This document shows positions 54,966 to 64,000 of a DNA stretch of 64,000 nucleotides, piece by piece. Position 1 is the first letter of the stretch; each line of letters starts with the position of its first letter. The notes beneath the pieces were generated by a model, which saw nothing but the letters and a program-made list of their open reading frames with translations, had not been told where the DNA came from and made no database searches. Made by a program: the position numbers and the translations under genes. This DNA comes from Deltaproteobacteria bacterium (lineage in GTDB: Bacteria; SAR324; NAC60-12), in assembly GCA_018645085.1 (NCBI GenBank), contig JABGPG010000136.1:10603-74602 (forward strand), written 5' to 3'.

Positions 54966-56278
54966 CTAGTGTTTCCATTTTCCAGGATCTGCATAATCTC
55001 TCCTACCAAATAAAAAGATCCTGCAACGACAACAGGTTTTTCATCAGTAAGTAAAGCAGATTCTAAGGCTTCTTCTGCAGATGAACTATGTTTTATTTCC
55101 GGAGAATGTTCGAAATTTCCGCACTCAATTATAAAGTTTTCCAACTCTTCCGGAGTTGCACTTCTTGGCGAAGGCACAGGAGTGAAAATGAGAGTATCCG
55201 CTTTCTCACACAATTCTTTCAAAGGTATTCGCAGAGCGGAATCCAATTTGTCTGCAGCCATGCCCAAAATCAGCGTACAGGGAACAAGTTTGTTTGTAGT
55301 GAGGAATTCTACCAGCGCAGTCAATGCATCAAAATTATGGCCTCCGTCAAACAGCATTGTTTTAAAATATTTTCCATGTTTCCGCCAAAATACATTCTGC
55401 TGCAAATCGAGACGTCCGCGCATTTTCACCTTTTTAGCGCTTGCTAACCACTTTTGTTTTTCCGAATTATTTCCATTAAAAAGCACCTGCATTGCGCATA
55501 AACTTGTTTGAATACAAGCCATCCGAGGTTTTGAATAGGATTCAGCTGATAATTGCTTGTCCGGAAAATAGCCGTCGAAAACCTCATCCACAAAATAACA
55601 AGGCACCTTCGATTTTCGGAACTGTTCGCTCAGCCACGGTTTTAATTCAGCATCCTGCTCCGCAACTATTACAGGTACATCCGGACGTGTGATACCAATT
55701 TTTTCTGCTGCGATTTCCTGCAAACTATTGCCGAGAACTTCCTGATGATCAAGGCCAACTCTAGTCAAAACACATAATTCTTTTGTTGTCACATTGGTTG
55801 AATCCGCCAGACCTCCTAATCCTGTTTCCAGCACAACCCACTCCATCTTTTCGGTCATGAAGGTCAGGAATGCAATTGCGGTTAATACATCAAAATAGGA
55901 AAGGTATGGGTTGCCCTTGTAGCCTCGTGCAATCTTCAGCACCAAGGATGCACTTTGTGTAAAGGTGCTTTTAGCTACAGAATTTCCGTTAAGAGTTATA
56001 CGTTCTCTAATGTCAGTCAGATGCGGTGAAGTATAACAACCTGCGGCAAATCCCTGTTCGCTCAATAAATGGCTGATGATTGTCGCACTTAAACCTTTAC
56101 CGTTGGTTCCGGCAATGTGGATTATCTTATAATTTTCCTGGGGATTTCCTAAGTCTTTCAGTAAAAGCCGGATTCCATCCAGTTTACTGAGGTCACGTGG
56201 CTGTGCAGTGATTTCGTAACTGCCCCAACTTTCCATTTCCGAAAGTACTTCTAAATAATCTTTGTCAGAGGGAGACAT
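54962..56278 (-). CDS. folC: Bifunctional folylpolyglutamate synthase/dihydrofolate synthase
   Basis: 438 aa Mur-ligase family. P-loop HIAGTNGKGLSATI and C-terminal Mur ligase domain. Confidence 0.8.
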   Translation of the reverse strand: MSPSDKDYLEVLSEMESWGSYEITAQPRDLSKLDGIRLLLKDLGNPQENYKIIHIAGTNGKGLSATIISHLLSEQGFAAGCYTSPHLTDIRERITLNGNSVAKSTFTQSASLVLKIARGYKGNPYLSYFDVLTAIAFLTFMTEKMEWVVLETGLGGLADSTNVTTKELCVLTRVGLDHQEVLGNSLQEIAAEKIGITRPDVPVIVAEQDAELKPWLSEQFRKSKVPCYFVDEVFDGYFPDKQLSAESYSKPRMACIQTSLCAMQVLFNGNNSEKQKWLASAKKVKMRGRLDLQQNVFWRKHGKYFKTMLFDGGHNFDALTALVEFLTTNKLVPCTLILGMAADKLDSALRIPLKELCEKADTLIFTPVPSPRSATPEELENFIIECGNFEHSPEIKHSSSAEEALESALLTDEKPVVVAGSFYLVGEIMQILENGNTS

Positions 56279-56408
56279 TTATTTTTTTTGGGAAGAAAGC
56301 AGAAAGGGTCTCTGCTAAAGCCGGGAGGGAGAACTGTTTCCCCGTCTATGCTAAAAAACGGGGAAAATGGTTTTCTGTAAATTTTGCTAAATCAATTTAG
56401 AAACAGAT

Positions 56409-57260
56409 TTATTTGAGGTACTTAAAAAACTCGCTATCTGCATCCATCAACAGTGTAGTACCTTCCTGCAGGCTGTTACGATAAACATCATGTGAACGCA
56501 GGAACTTAAAGAAATCGGTGTCTTTCTGGTAGGCGTCAGCATATATTTTTGTAGCGTTTGCATCTGCTTTACCACGTGTTTCTTCGTTAATCTTTTTTGC
56601 TTCAGCAATAATTTCGACACGCTCTCTGTCTGCATCAGATCGTATTCTCAGCGAAGCTTCATCGCCTTGAGAACGGTATAGTTTTGCTTGTCGTCTTCGT
56701 TCGGCGTTCATACGTCCAAAGACAGCCTGACTGTTTTGTTCAGGCAGATCGGCACGTTTTATACGTACATCAAGAATCTCAATACCAAAGTTCTTTGCAT
56801 TTTCTCTGGAACGTAAAGTAATGGCCTCACGGATTTCCTTGCGGTTACCTGAAACGATTTCCACCAGTGTGTGCTGTCCAAGCACCTCACGAGTCTGTGA
56901 GTAGATAATGTCATCGAGACGTGCATGTGCTCCTGCAGTTGTACGTACTGTTTCATAAAATTTAAGCGGGTCCATCACACGCCACTTTGAATAGGTATCA
57001 ACTTTCATTTCTTTTTTGTCTTTAGTGAAGACTGCACCTGGATCTGCATCATAATCCTGCAGACGATTCTCCATAAAAATGATACGAGTTACAAATGGCA
57101 CCTTGAAATTGAGCCCCGGCTCCATGACAATATCAACAGGGTCACCTAATAAAATTTCAATCGCATATTGAGTCTTGTCCACAATATATGTGCTCAAGTA
57201 AATGGAACCAACAACGAGGAGGAGGAGAATCCCTCCAAAATTTGATAGCTTTGCTGACAT
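56409..57260 (-). CDS. hflC: SPFH/band-7 protein, HflC-like protease modulator
   Basis: 283 aa. N-terminal TM, SPFH domain and a C-terminal block (DTDFFKFLRSHDVYRNSL...DADSEFFKYLK) colinear with E. coli HflC (DPDFYAFIRSLRAYENSF...SPDSDFFRYMK). Confidence 0.7.
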   Translation of the reverse strand: MSAKLSNFGGILLLLVVGSIYLSTYIVDKTQYAIEILLGDPVDIVMEPGLNFKVPFVTRIIFMENRLQDYDADPGAVFTKDKKEMKVDTYSKWRVMDPLKFYETVRTTAGAHARLDDIIYSQTREVLGQHTLVEIVSGNRKEIREAITLRSRENAKNFGIEILDVRIKRADLPEQNSQAVFGRMNAERRRQAKLYRSQGDEASLRIRSDADRERVEIIAEAKKINEETRGKADANATKIYADAYQKDTDFFKFLRSHDVYRNSLQEGTTLLMDADSEFFKYLK

Positions 57261-57423
57261 AAAAAATTACCTGGTGATTAAATGAGGATTTAGCAGTCGA
57301 CATCCTAATTGGACTAAATGTACACGTCAACTTTTTTCTACGCTTAATTGTCGATAATATACGTATTCTTGTCAAGTTGAAATAGTTCACCGAGCCTCTG
57401 GCTCCGTTATTTATAAAAGTATT

Positions 57424-57687
57424 ATGTTTAAGTTGAAAACACCTAGTCTGCAGGAACAAATCCTGGCTCTGGCAATGCGTCAAATCGAGAAATTGTTGAA
57501 AGAAATGCAGAATGACGGTAAGGATTTATCTCATTTAAAACTTAAGAAATTTCAAAAAACACACCACATTGACTGCAAATGCAAATTGTGTGAAGTTGCC
57601 AAAATCAAAAATGATCCGCGATTACGAGGACTTAGCGAAGACGGTTTCAAAGTTTATGTAAATGGCGATAAAAAGAGTTCTCAATGA
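57424..57687 (+). CDS. Hypothetical small protein
   Basis: 87 aa, Lys-rich with a CKCKLCE cysteine cluster. Overlaps the prmA start by 4 nt (coupled). Confidence 0.25.
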   Translation: MFKLKTPSLQEQILALAMRQIEKLLKEMQNDGKDLSHLKLKKFQKTHHIDCKCKLCEVAKIKNDPRLRGLSEDGFKVYVNGDKKSSQ

Positions 57688-58589
57688 AACAGACTAATTC
57701 CTCAATTGCGCAAACATATTTTGAAATCTGCTGTACTTTGCCTCTAGAGACTGAAGAACTATGGAGCTGGTTTTGTTTTGAAAAAGGCGCGCTTGGTGTA
57801 GAAACAATGACGGAATCTCCAACTGAGTTGACTCTCAGGATTTTCTTTGAACATGAACCTGCAGGAGGAGCACAGAAATTAGTTGATGATTTTTGCTGCG
57901 AAACTGCTACAGAAGCAAAAATTAACATCACTGAAGAAGCTAACCGACCTGTTGAAAATTGGCAGGCAAATTGGCGTGAACATTTTCGACCGGTGAAGGT
58001 TGGGCAGTCTCTGATAATTCTGCCTGCCTGGGAAACCGGCTTTGAACTTGATGGCCGACATCCGGTTTGGATTGACCCCGGACAGGGTTTTGGTACAGGA
58101 CATCATCTCTCAACTGCATTAGCACTTGAAATGCTTGAGCAATATCTTTTAAATACGGATACTTTGCCGGAAAGCATGCTGGATATCGGCATTGGTTCCG
58201 GAATCCTGGCGATTGCCGCCTGCCGTCTCGGTATACAAAAAGTGCGAGGTGTTGATCTTGAGTCTGAAGCAGTCGCGGAAGTTGAGCGAAACAGTGAGCT
58301 GAACGGACTTACTGGAAGGATCAAGGCCGTGGTTGGTCAACCATCTGCGTTGATAAAACCTGCGCCGCTAGTTATCAGTAATATGCTCCTGCGTGAATTG
58401 CAGGATGTCCGCTTTGAACTGCTAAGACTGACTAGTCCAGGTGGTACTTTGATTTGCAGCGGACTCCTCGGAGAGCAGGCTGATGAACTAAGCAGCTCAA
58501 TAACGCAGTTGGGTTTTGAGTATTGTTCAACCTTAGAACGTGAAAACTGGCGCGCAGTTCAGTTTAAACGTCTGGAGAAAAAAAGTTGA
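57684..58589 (+). CDS. prmA: Ribosomal protein L11 methyltransferase
   Basis: 301 aa. SAM-MTase motif DIGIGSGILAIAA and the PrmA-specific N-terminal region (SLIILPAWE...IDPGQGFGTGHH). Confidence 0.85.
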   Translation: MKQTNSSIAQTYFEICCTLPLETEELWSWFCFEKGALGVETMTESPTELTLRIFFEHEPAGGAQKLVDDFCCETATEAKINITEEANRPVENWQANWREHFRPVKVGQSLIILPAWETGFELDGRHPVWIDPGQGFGTGHHLSTALALEMLEQYLLNTDTLPESMLDIGIGSGILAIAACRLGIQKVRGVDLESEAVAEVERNSELNGLTGRIKAVVGQPSALIKPAPLVISNMLLRELQDVRFELLRLTSPGGTLICSGLLGEQADELSSSITQLGFEYCSTLERENWRAVQFKRLEKKS

Positions 58590-58754
58590 CGAAGCATGAA
58601 AAAATCCTCTAACAAAGTTATTAAAAGCAAAGTGAGAAAACTTTCATTAGTTAGGGCAATTGATGTTTGACTCTTTGAATGCAGACTGAGTAAAATAGAA
58701 CAGTCTTGCTAATCAAATTATAATAGTGAAACCCTGCATTTAACTGAAATTCAC

Positions 58755-59264
58755 ATGATACCTGTTCTCATATACTTATTGGCTATAGTACTGGCCAACA
58801 TGATTATACTTTGGTTTGGGCCTCAGGCCGCAGTCCTGACTGCATTTTTATTTATAGGTCTTGATCTGACTTTACGTGACAAACTGCATGATCAATGGCA
58901 CGGTAAACAATTGTGGTGGAAAATGCTGGCCTTGATTTGCGGAGGTTCGGCAATTTCAATCGCACTCAATTGGGATGCTTTGCCAATCGCATTGGCCAGT
59001 GCAACAGCCTTTTTAGCGGCCGGTATTGGAGACTCGCTGGTATATGCAGGATTACGCAAAAAACGTTTCATGATCAGAGCAAATGGTTCAAATGTGGCCG
59101 GTAGTGCGATTGATTCAATTGTTTTTCCGACTCTGGCTTTTGGGGTGTTCATGCCTGAAATCGTGCTAGGACAGTTTGTTGCGAAATTCGTCGGAGGCTT
59201 TTTATGGTCGCTTGTTCTGCAAAAGTTTTTTAGCAAAGACGAAGCAGAAATTCAATCTGCCTGA
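58755..59264 (+). CDS. VUT/YhhQ-family (DUF165) membrane transporter-like protein
   Basis: 169 aa, 5 TM, with GDSLVYAG...AIDSIVFPTLAFG resembling queuosine-precursor transporter family members. Shorter than typical. Confidence 0.5.
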   Translation: MIPVLIYLLAIVLANMIILWFGPQAAVLTAFLFIGLDLTLRDKLHDQWHGKQLWWKMLALICGGSAISIALNWDALPIALASATAFLAAGIGDSLVYAGLRKKRFMIRANGSNVAGSAIDSIVFPTLAFGVFMPEIVLGQFVAKFVGGFLWSLVLQKFFSKDEAEIQSA

Positions 59265-59273
59265 AAGTAAATC

Positions 59274-59648
59274 ATGACAAAAGAATCACTCGAACGTGCC
59301 TTAACTACATCGCTCACTCTTATGCTGGGTTTAGCAACGCTGGACCTTGCCTTGTTCATCTGGGCTGGAACGGCAGTGGTGACAGTTATTGCTCATGCAA
59401 TGTCGCTCTGGCTTTTTTTACGTTACCGTTTAGTTTTTGATCTGGTAAAACTTCTTGAGACTTCCGCTCTTTTGGTTGATTTGTACTTGATCAACATGTA
59501 CGGATACGCAGTAGTTTCCCCGGTTGCAACTCTTTTTGCTATCATTTATATTTCTCTCAATAAAGATTATCACCTCACTAAACTCAAAAACGATCTCGAT
59601 AAAGTGTTGGCTTCAAAACAGAAAGATGTTGAAAATGATGAAAAATGA
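59274..59648 (+). CDS. Hypothetical small membrane protein
   Basis: 124 aa, 3 predicted TM helices. No family recognised. Confidence 0.3.
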   Translation: MTKESLERALTTSLTLMLGLATLDLALFIWAGTAVVTVIAHAMSLWLFLRYRLVFDLVKLLETSALLVDLYLINMYGYAVVSPVATLFAIIYISLNKDYHLTKLKNDLDKVLASKQKDVENDEK

Positions 59649-59670
59649 AAAGAGAAGTAATCTATCTTAA

Positions 59671-60858
59671 ATGATGAATAATAATTCTGAAATAGCGGTT
59701 GTTGGTTTTGCCTCAGTAGGTCACACTCTCTGTCACTTACTCACCCTGCTTTTTCCCACTGTTCTTCTTGTTTTAGAAGTAGAAATGGATTTAAGCTTTA
59801 AGGAATTGGCTGCACTAGCTGTTCCAGCGGCATTTCTGTTTGGTGCTGGAGCTTTACCTGCAGGATGGCTTGGTGACAGATGGAGTAAAACCAGACTGTT
59901 AGAAATATATTTTTACGGAACAGGAGCTTTTACGATTCTAACGGGATTTGCAGAAACACCAATGATGCTGGCCTTTGGACTGGCCGGGATTGGATTATTT
60001 GCTTCAATCTACCATCCTGTAGGAATGTCATGGTTGGTTTCCAGGACATCCAAAACCGGTACTGCCCTTGGTTTTAACGGTCTGTTCGGAAGTTTAGGCT
60101 TTGTCCTCGCTCCACTTGTTGCAGGATCATTGACTGGATTGTGGAGTTGGCGCTTTGCGTTCATTGTTCCGGGAATTGTCTGTTTAATTGTCGGAATTCT
60201 TTTCAGTATTGCTTTGCGTACTTTTCTGGACGATACACAAAAGCCTGTGCAAAAAGCAGCTTATGAATCGAGTTCTACGAAAAACATTTGGATGACTTTT
60301 GGTTTGATGGGTACTGCACTTTTGCTCACAGGCATTTTTCACCAAATTGTACAGTTTTCACTACCTAAAGATTTTGACCTGCGTGTTCTCTTTACTTCAG
60401 GCTCACTGCTTGGTACAGGCTCGATGGTGGCACTGGTTTATGCTGCGGGAGCAATGGGGCAACTTCTGTGCGGCCGCCTGGCTGACCGTTATTCTGAGCG
60501 TCAACTGTATTTTGCTTTATTTTTATTCACTGTGCCAGCAGTCGCTTTGGCCAGTCAGCTTACAGAAATACCATTGGTTTTGAGCATGATGCTGGTCGTG
60601 TTTTTGAGTACAGGCGCACTTCCGGTAGAAAACACGTTACTTGTTCGATATGCTCCAAGTCATCGGCATGGGCTGGTTTTCGGCAGTAAATTTTTGTTAG
60701 GCTTTGGTTTTAGTGCATCAGGAATTTATTTGTCCGGCTGGATTTATGAACTCAGCGGAAGTTTCATTTGGCTTTACGGACTCTTGGTTTTGCTCGCGCT
60801 CGCAGTTGCTGTGATAGCATTTTTCCTCCCTGCGCAGCGTGTTCTTCAAACTGCCTGA
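59671..60858 (+). CDS. MFS transporter
   Basis: 395 aa, 10-12 TM. MFS motif A-like (GWLGDRWSKTRLL; GRLADRYSERQL) in the loop 2-3 and loop 8-9 positions. Confidence 0.7.
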   Translation: MMNNNSEIAVVGFASVGHTLCHLLTLLFPTVLLVLEVEMDLSFKELAALAVPAAFLFGAGALPAGWLGDRWSKTRLLEIYFYGTGAFTILTGFAETPMMLAFGLAGIGLFASIYHPVGMSWLVSRTSKTGTALGFNGLFGSLGFVLAPLVAGSLTGLWSWRFAFIVPGIVCLIVGILFSIALRTFLDDTQKPVQKAAYESSSTKNIWMTFGLMGTALLLTGIFHQIVQFSLPKDFDLRVLFTSGSLLGTGSMVALVYAAGAMGQLLCGRLADRYSERQLYFALFLFTVPAVALASQLTEIPLVLSMMLVVFLSTGALPVENTLLVRYAPSHRHGLVFGSKFLLGFGFSASGIYLSGWIYELSGSFIWLYGLLVLLALAVAVIAFFLPAQRVLQTA

Positions 60859-60887
60859 CAGAAACCCCAAACATTACTTTCGGTATT

Positions 60888-61658
60888 TTGAGTCAACTAA
60901 TTAACGCTAAAAAACTGGAATCAGTTTGGCATGGACCTCCTCCTGAAGCAGCGCCAACCCTCGTCTTTTTGCATGAGGGTCTGGGCTGTGTTTCACTCTG
61001 GAAAGACTTTCCGCAAAAACTAGCAGACAAAACCGGTTGCGGTGCTTTGGTCTTCAGCAGGCTGGGTTACGGAAAATCCGCTTCGTGCGAACTTCCACGT
61101 GCACTGGATTTCATGCATCATGAAGCCCTGAGTGAACTTCCGGAAATTTTATCGCAGTATAAAATCCGTAAATATATTTTGGTAGGACATTCCGACGGTG
61201 CTTCGATTGCGTTAATTCATGCAGCTGAAAATTCTGCTCAAAACCTGCTTGGTATTGTCAATGAAGCACCGCACGTTTTTTGTGAACAACTGACTACGGA
61301 TTCCATCCAAAAAGTACAGCAATTATTTCTGTCCGGAAATCTGCGGGAACGTTTGGAGAAACATCACGGTGCAAATGTTGATTGCGCTTTCCACGGTTGG
61401 GCTGATGTTTGGCTTCATCCGGACTTTTCTGCCTGGAACATAGAAGAGTGTCTGCCGAAAATACGGGTTCCGCAATTAATTGTTCAGGGAAATGACGACG
61501 AATACGGTACTTCGGCACAAGTCGAAGCCATTGTCCGTCAAGCAGGCAGTAGTGTGGAAACATGTTTTCTGGACAACTGCGGACATTCTCCGCATCGAGA
61601 TCAGGAAATTCAAACTTTGGAAAGCATGTCTAAATTCGTCCGGAACTTGCTTGTTTGA
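60888..61658 (+). CDS. Alpha/beta-hydrolase fold protein (TTG start inferred)
   Basis: The frame is open from 60768 but overlaps the MFS gene, and the first in-frame ATG is far downstream. A TTG at 60888 gives a 256 aa protein with PTLVFLHEGLG (oxyanion HG), GHSDGAS nucleophile elbow and a C-terminal GHSPH histidine. Confidence 0.55.
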   Translation: MSQLINAKKLESVWHGPPPEAAPTLVFLHEGLGCVSLWKDFPQKLADKTGCGALVFSRLGYGKSASCELPRALDFMHHEALSELPEILSQYKIRKYILVGHSDGASIALIHAAENSAQNLLGIVNEAPHVFCEQLTTDSIQKVQQLFLSGNLRERLEKHHGANVDCAFHGWADVWLHPDFSAWNIEECLPKIRVPQLIVQGNDDEYGTSAQVEAIVRQAGSSVETCFLDNCGHSPHRDQEIQTLESMSKFVRNLLV

Positions 61659-61800
61659 ACTAATACGCCGCTCCTAATCAGCCAAATCACTTGCATTTTA
61701 GCAGTGCAGGCTTTAATGTTAGCGGATATATTTTAGCTCCGGAATGCTGTTTTTACAAAAATGAATCCGGAAATAATTACCATAAAGCCAATTTTCAATT

Positions 61801-62259
61801 ATGCCTACCGTACTTTTGCTCAATGGACCTAATCTTAATTTGCTTGGTAGTCGTGAACCTGAAATTTATGGTTCAACGACTTTGACAGATGTTGAAGAGC
61901 AAGTCTCAACTGCACTTCGTGAACGTAAAATTGAGTGTGAAACTTTTCAGTCAAATTCTGAAGGAGAATTAATTGATTGGTTGCATCAGCAGCGTGATGC
62001 GGATTTTTTGCTTTTAAATCCTGGTGCCTTGACTCACACTAGTGTCGGGCTGAGGGATGCAGTGCTTGCTATTGAAATTCCTTTTCTGGAAATCCACCTT
62101 TCAAATGTGCATCAGCGTGAAGAATTTCGGCACCACTCTTATTTTTCCGATATCGCGATTGGGGTACTGGTTGGGCTTGGAGTAAAAGGTTATTTGCTGG
62201 CGACTCAGTTTGCAGCGGATTATCTTGAGCAAAAATCAATCTCTGCAGCCAATGCTTGA
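61801..62259 (+). CDS. aroQ: Type II 3-dehydroquinate dehydratase
   Basis: 152 aa. LLLNGPNLNLLGSREPEIYG, NPGALTHTS and EIHLSNVHQRE are AroQ signatures. Confidence 0.85.
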   Translation: MPTVLLLNGPNLNLLGSREPEIYGSTTLTDVEEQVSTALRERKIECETFQSNSEGELIDWLHQQRDADFLLLNPGALTHTSVGLRDAVLAIEIPFLEIHLSNVHQREEFRHHSYFSDIAIGVLVGLGVKGYLLATQFAADYLEQKSISAANA

Positions 62260-63335
62260 TTCTCAATGATCAGCAGCCTGCTTCTCAGAATTATTTGCTC
62301 GTTATGAGACTTTCTTCCACAACTTTTATTTTATTTTTCAACGTTTTGCTCGCAGGCACTGTCTCATTTATGGCAGGCTCGCTGCTCAGTACGTGGCTTC
62401 ATCATCAAGTCTTGTCTATTCCTGTTTTGTCTCCCAGAACATTCCAAATCGAAACTGCTAAACTGCCGGTCGATTCCGGAAAAGCACAAAAAGAATTTGC
62501 AGTAATTTTGGAACGCAATATCTTTAATGCGCAAAAAACGGAAATCGAATTGCCGCCAACTCTTCCTGAAGAGGAAATTATTATTGAGGAAACCACGGAT
62601 GGTGAAACAGTTGAACACACACGTTTAGCAATCGCACTTGCAGGTACCATGATTTACGGAGAGCAGAATTCATTTGCTTTTATCAGTAAAAAAGATAGTT
62701 TAAACAAATATTTGATTTATGGAATAGGTGAATGTTTTCACGCAAAAACAATTAAGCGTGACGAAGAATGTGCAGAAGAAAGCGTAAAAGTGTTGAAAAT
62801 CAAGGATCGCTGGGTTTTGATTCTTTATCAAGGTGAAAAACAAGCTTTGTGGATGGTCAGCGGGGATACTTCAGGAAAGTCGGCGCTAACTGCTACTCAA
62901 CCAAAAAAGGCAAAAGGCCAAACTGCTTCTGTACAGCAAACTGCTGCGATCGTTGTACCGCCACAGAAAAATGTTGTTGCAGAAAAAGCCATTATTCCTG
63001 CTTCTACTACTGACACAGGAAATACTTATCATTTTCAGCGGGTGTGGGTTGATGAACAACTGGCAAATTTCCAGCAACTGCTGAATGATGCGAGGGTTGT
63101 TCCGACCACAAAAGATGACAAACCTTATTTCATGTTTCAGTACATTAAAGAAGAAAGTATCTATGAAAAATTGGGACTGAAAAAAAATGACATCATTTTA
63201 GAAATAAACGGATTTGTTGTTGATTCAGTTGGAAAAGCACTCAAGTTATTGGAAGTTCTTCAATCAGAACGTGAGATTTCCCTCAAGGTGGAAAGGGAGG
63301 GTAATGCGGTACAATTCCATTACTACATTGATTGA
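62256..63335 (+). CDS. Membrane protein with C-terminal PDZ domain (type II secretion GspC-like)
   Basis: 359 aa. An N-terminal TM helix, a central region and a C-terminal PDZ-like fold (LGLKKNDIILEINGFVVDSVGKALKLL) follow the GspC architecture. No other gsp genes are adjacent. Confidence 0.35.
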   Translation: MILNDQQPASQNYLLVMRLSSTTFILFFNVLLAGTVSFMAGSLLSTWLHHQVLSIPVLSPRTFQIETAKLPVDSGKAQKEFAVILERNIFNAQKTEIELPPTLPEEEIIIEETTDGETVEHTRLAIALAGTMIYGEQNSFAFISKKDSLNKYLIYGIGECFHAKTIKRDEECAEESVKVLKIKDRWVLILYQGEKQALWMVSGDTSGKSALTATQPKKAKGQTASVQQTAAIVVPPQKNVVAEKAIIPASTTDTGNTYHFQRVWVDEQLANFQQLLNDARVVPTTKDDKPYFMFQYIKEESIYEKLGLKKNDIILEINGFVVDSVGKALKLLEVLQSEREISLKVEREGNAVQFHYYID

Positions 63336-63377
63336 GCGTGCTAACTGCTAATCGCTAACAAATGGGTATCTTGCAGA

Positions 63378-64000
63378 ATGTTGTTCAAATGGTACAAAAC
63401 CGGTTTACTCGAATTTGCAACACTGCTGGCTGCACTGCTTTGGATTTTCTCCCGTTATCAACACACCCTTAATCAGCTTCACCCTGAATGGATCTTGCTG
63501 GCAGTTGTCTTAGCTGTTTTTTGGTGCCTGCGGCATAACTTATATCTTCCCTTTTTTTTACTTCTTTTGATTGCAGCAATTCTCCTGCACCAATGGTTAG
63601 TTGTGCTTCCCTCAAGTGTGAACTGGCTGAAGCAGGAAATTTCAGCGGAATCAACAATTATGCTCAACGGCAGGATTCAGCAACGAATCCTCAAAGAAGA
63701 TACTGTCCGTCTGCAACTGAGTTCAGTGGAACTGAGCAAAGGCGAAAAAAAGCTGCATCTTCCGGAAGCAGTTTTATACTTTCCAAAAAAACGTCGCAGA
63801 ATTTATAATTTTTATCGTGGACGTCATTTACAGGTCATCGGCCAATTGAGTGAAGTCAGCATTGATAAGAATCGTTTGAATTTAGGTTTTGCAGATTTTC
63901 GTTATCGTAACGCCATTTATCCGCAATCCGAACTCTTCCGCAAAAGAAACAGTTGGGTACGGCAATTAACAGACAGGGCGGAGTTTCACCTTTCCAGTCA
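63378..64000 (+). CDS. ComEC/Rec2-family protein, N-terminal part (runs off the window)
   Basis: About 207 codons open from ATG 63378 to the window end. It has N-terminal TM helices followed by a DUF4131-like OB segment (VLYFPKKRRRIYNFYRGRHLQVIGQLSEVSIDKNRLNLGFADFRYRNAIYPQ). Not in the ORF track because no stop is reached. Confidence 0.5.
   Translation, partial: MLFKWYKTGLLEFATLLAALLWIFSRYQHTLNQLHPEWILLAVVLAVFWCLRHNLYLPFFLLLLIAAILLHQWLVVLPSSVNWLKQEISAESTIMLNGRIQQRILKEDTVRLQLSSVELSKGEKKLHLPEAVLYFPKKRRRIYNFYRGRHLQVIGQLSEVSIDKNRLNLGFADFRYRNAIYPQSELFRKRNSWVRQLTDRAEFHLSS

Noticed and set aside
56279-56408. CCCCGU...ACGGGG hairpin between folC and hflC as an intrinsic terminator
   Set aside because: The U-run lies inside the loop rather than 3' of the stem for the relevant (minus) strand. 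It was not called.

Overview
This 64 kb window is a chromosomal segment with about 42% GC, apparently from a Gram-negative bacterium: it carries lptB, lptD, rpoN, ccmB and a RelA/SpoT gene. The orientation of gene runs switches often and coding density is high. Most of it is housekeeping: trpBA, mutS, coaD, rpsU, ispG, dgt, infA, argS, spoT, folC, hflC, prmA, aroQ, one tRNA-Gln, and a ComEC N-terminus running off the right edge. Four accessory modules stand out. (1) At the left edge, the tail of an aromatic ring-cleavage pathway (VOC protein, FAH-family hydrolase, GST-zeta isomerase), then a CitA/DcuS-type two-component system next to a malonyl-CoA synthetase (MatB). (2) A minus-strand operon of DUF2851 followed by three tandem paralogous lipoproteins that each end in a TPR-like motif. 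(3) A plus-strand operon of a split MaoC hydratase pair, a family III CoA-transferase and a ScfR/RamB-like regulator. (4) An isolated FliN-like/FliM-like gene pair; the FliN-like protein carries a roughly 400 aa acidic N-terminal region built from 123 bp tandem repeats. The most notable finding is two selenoprotein genes that the stop-to-stop ORF track splits or truncates at in-frame TGA codons. One is a SelW/Rdx-like gene with a CVVU motif. The other is a stand-alone PrdB/GrdB-like gene with a UGSC motif and a textbook SECIS hairpin 10 nt after the UGA. The organism therefore decodes UGA as selenocysteine. No mobile elements, CRISPR arrays or rRNA genes were seen. Every identification below was made by eye from the translated ORFs against remembered family signatures. 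No database search was run.
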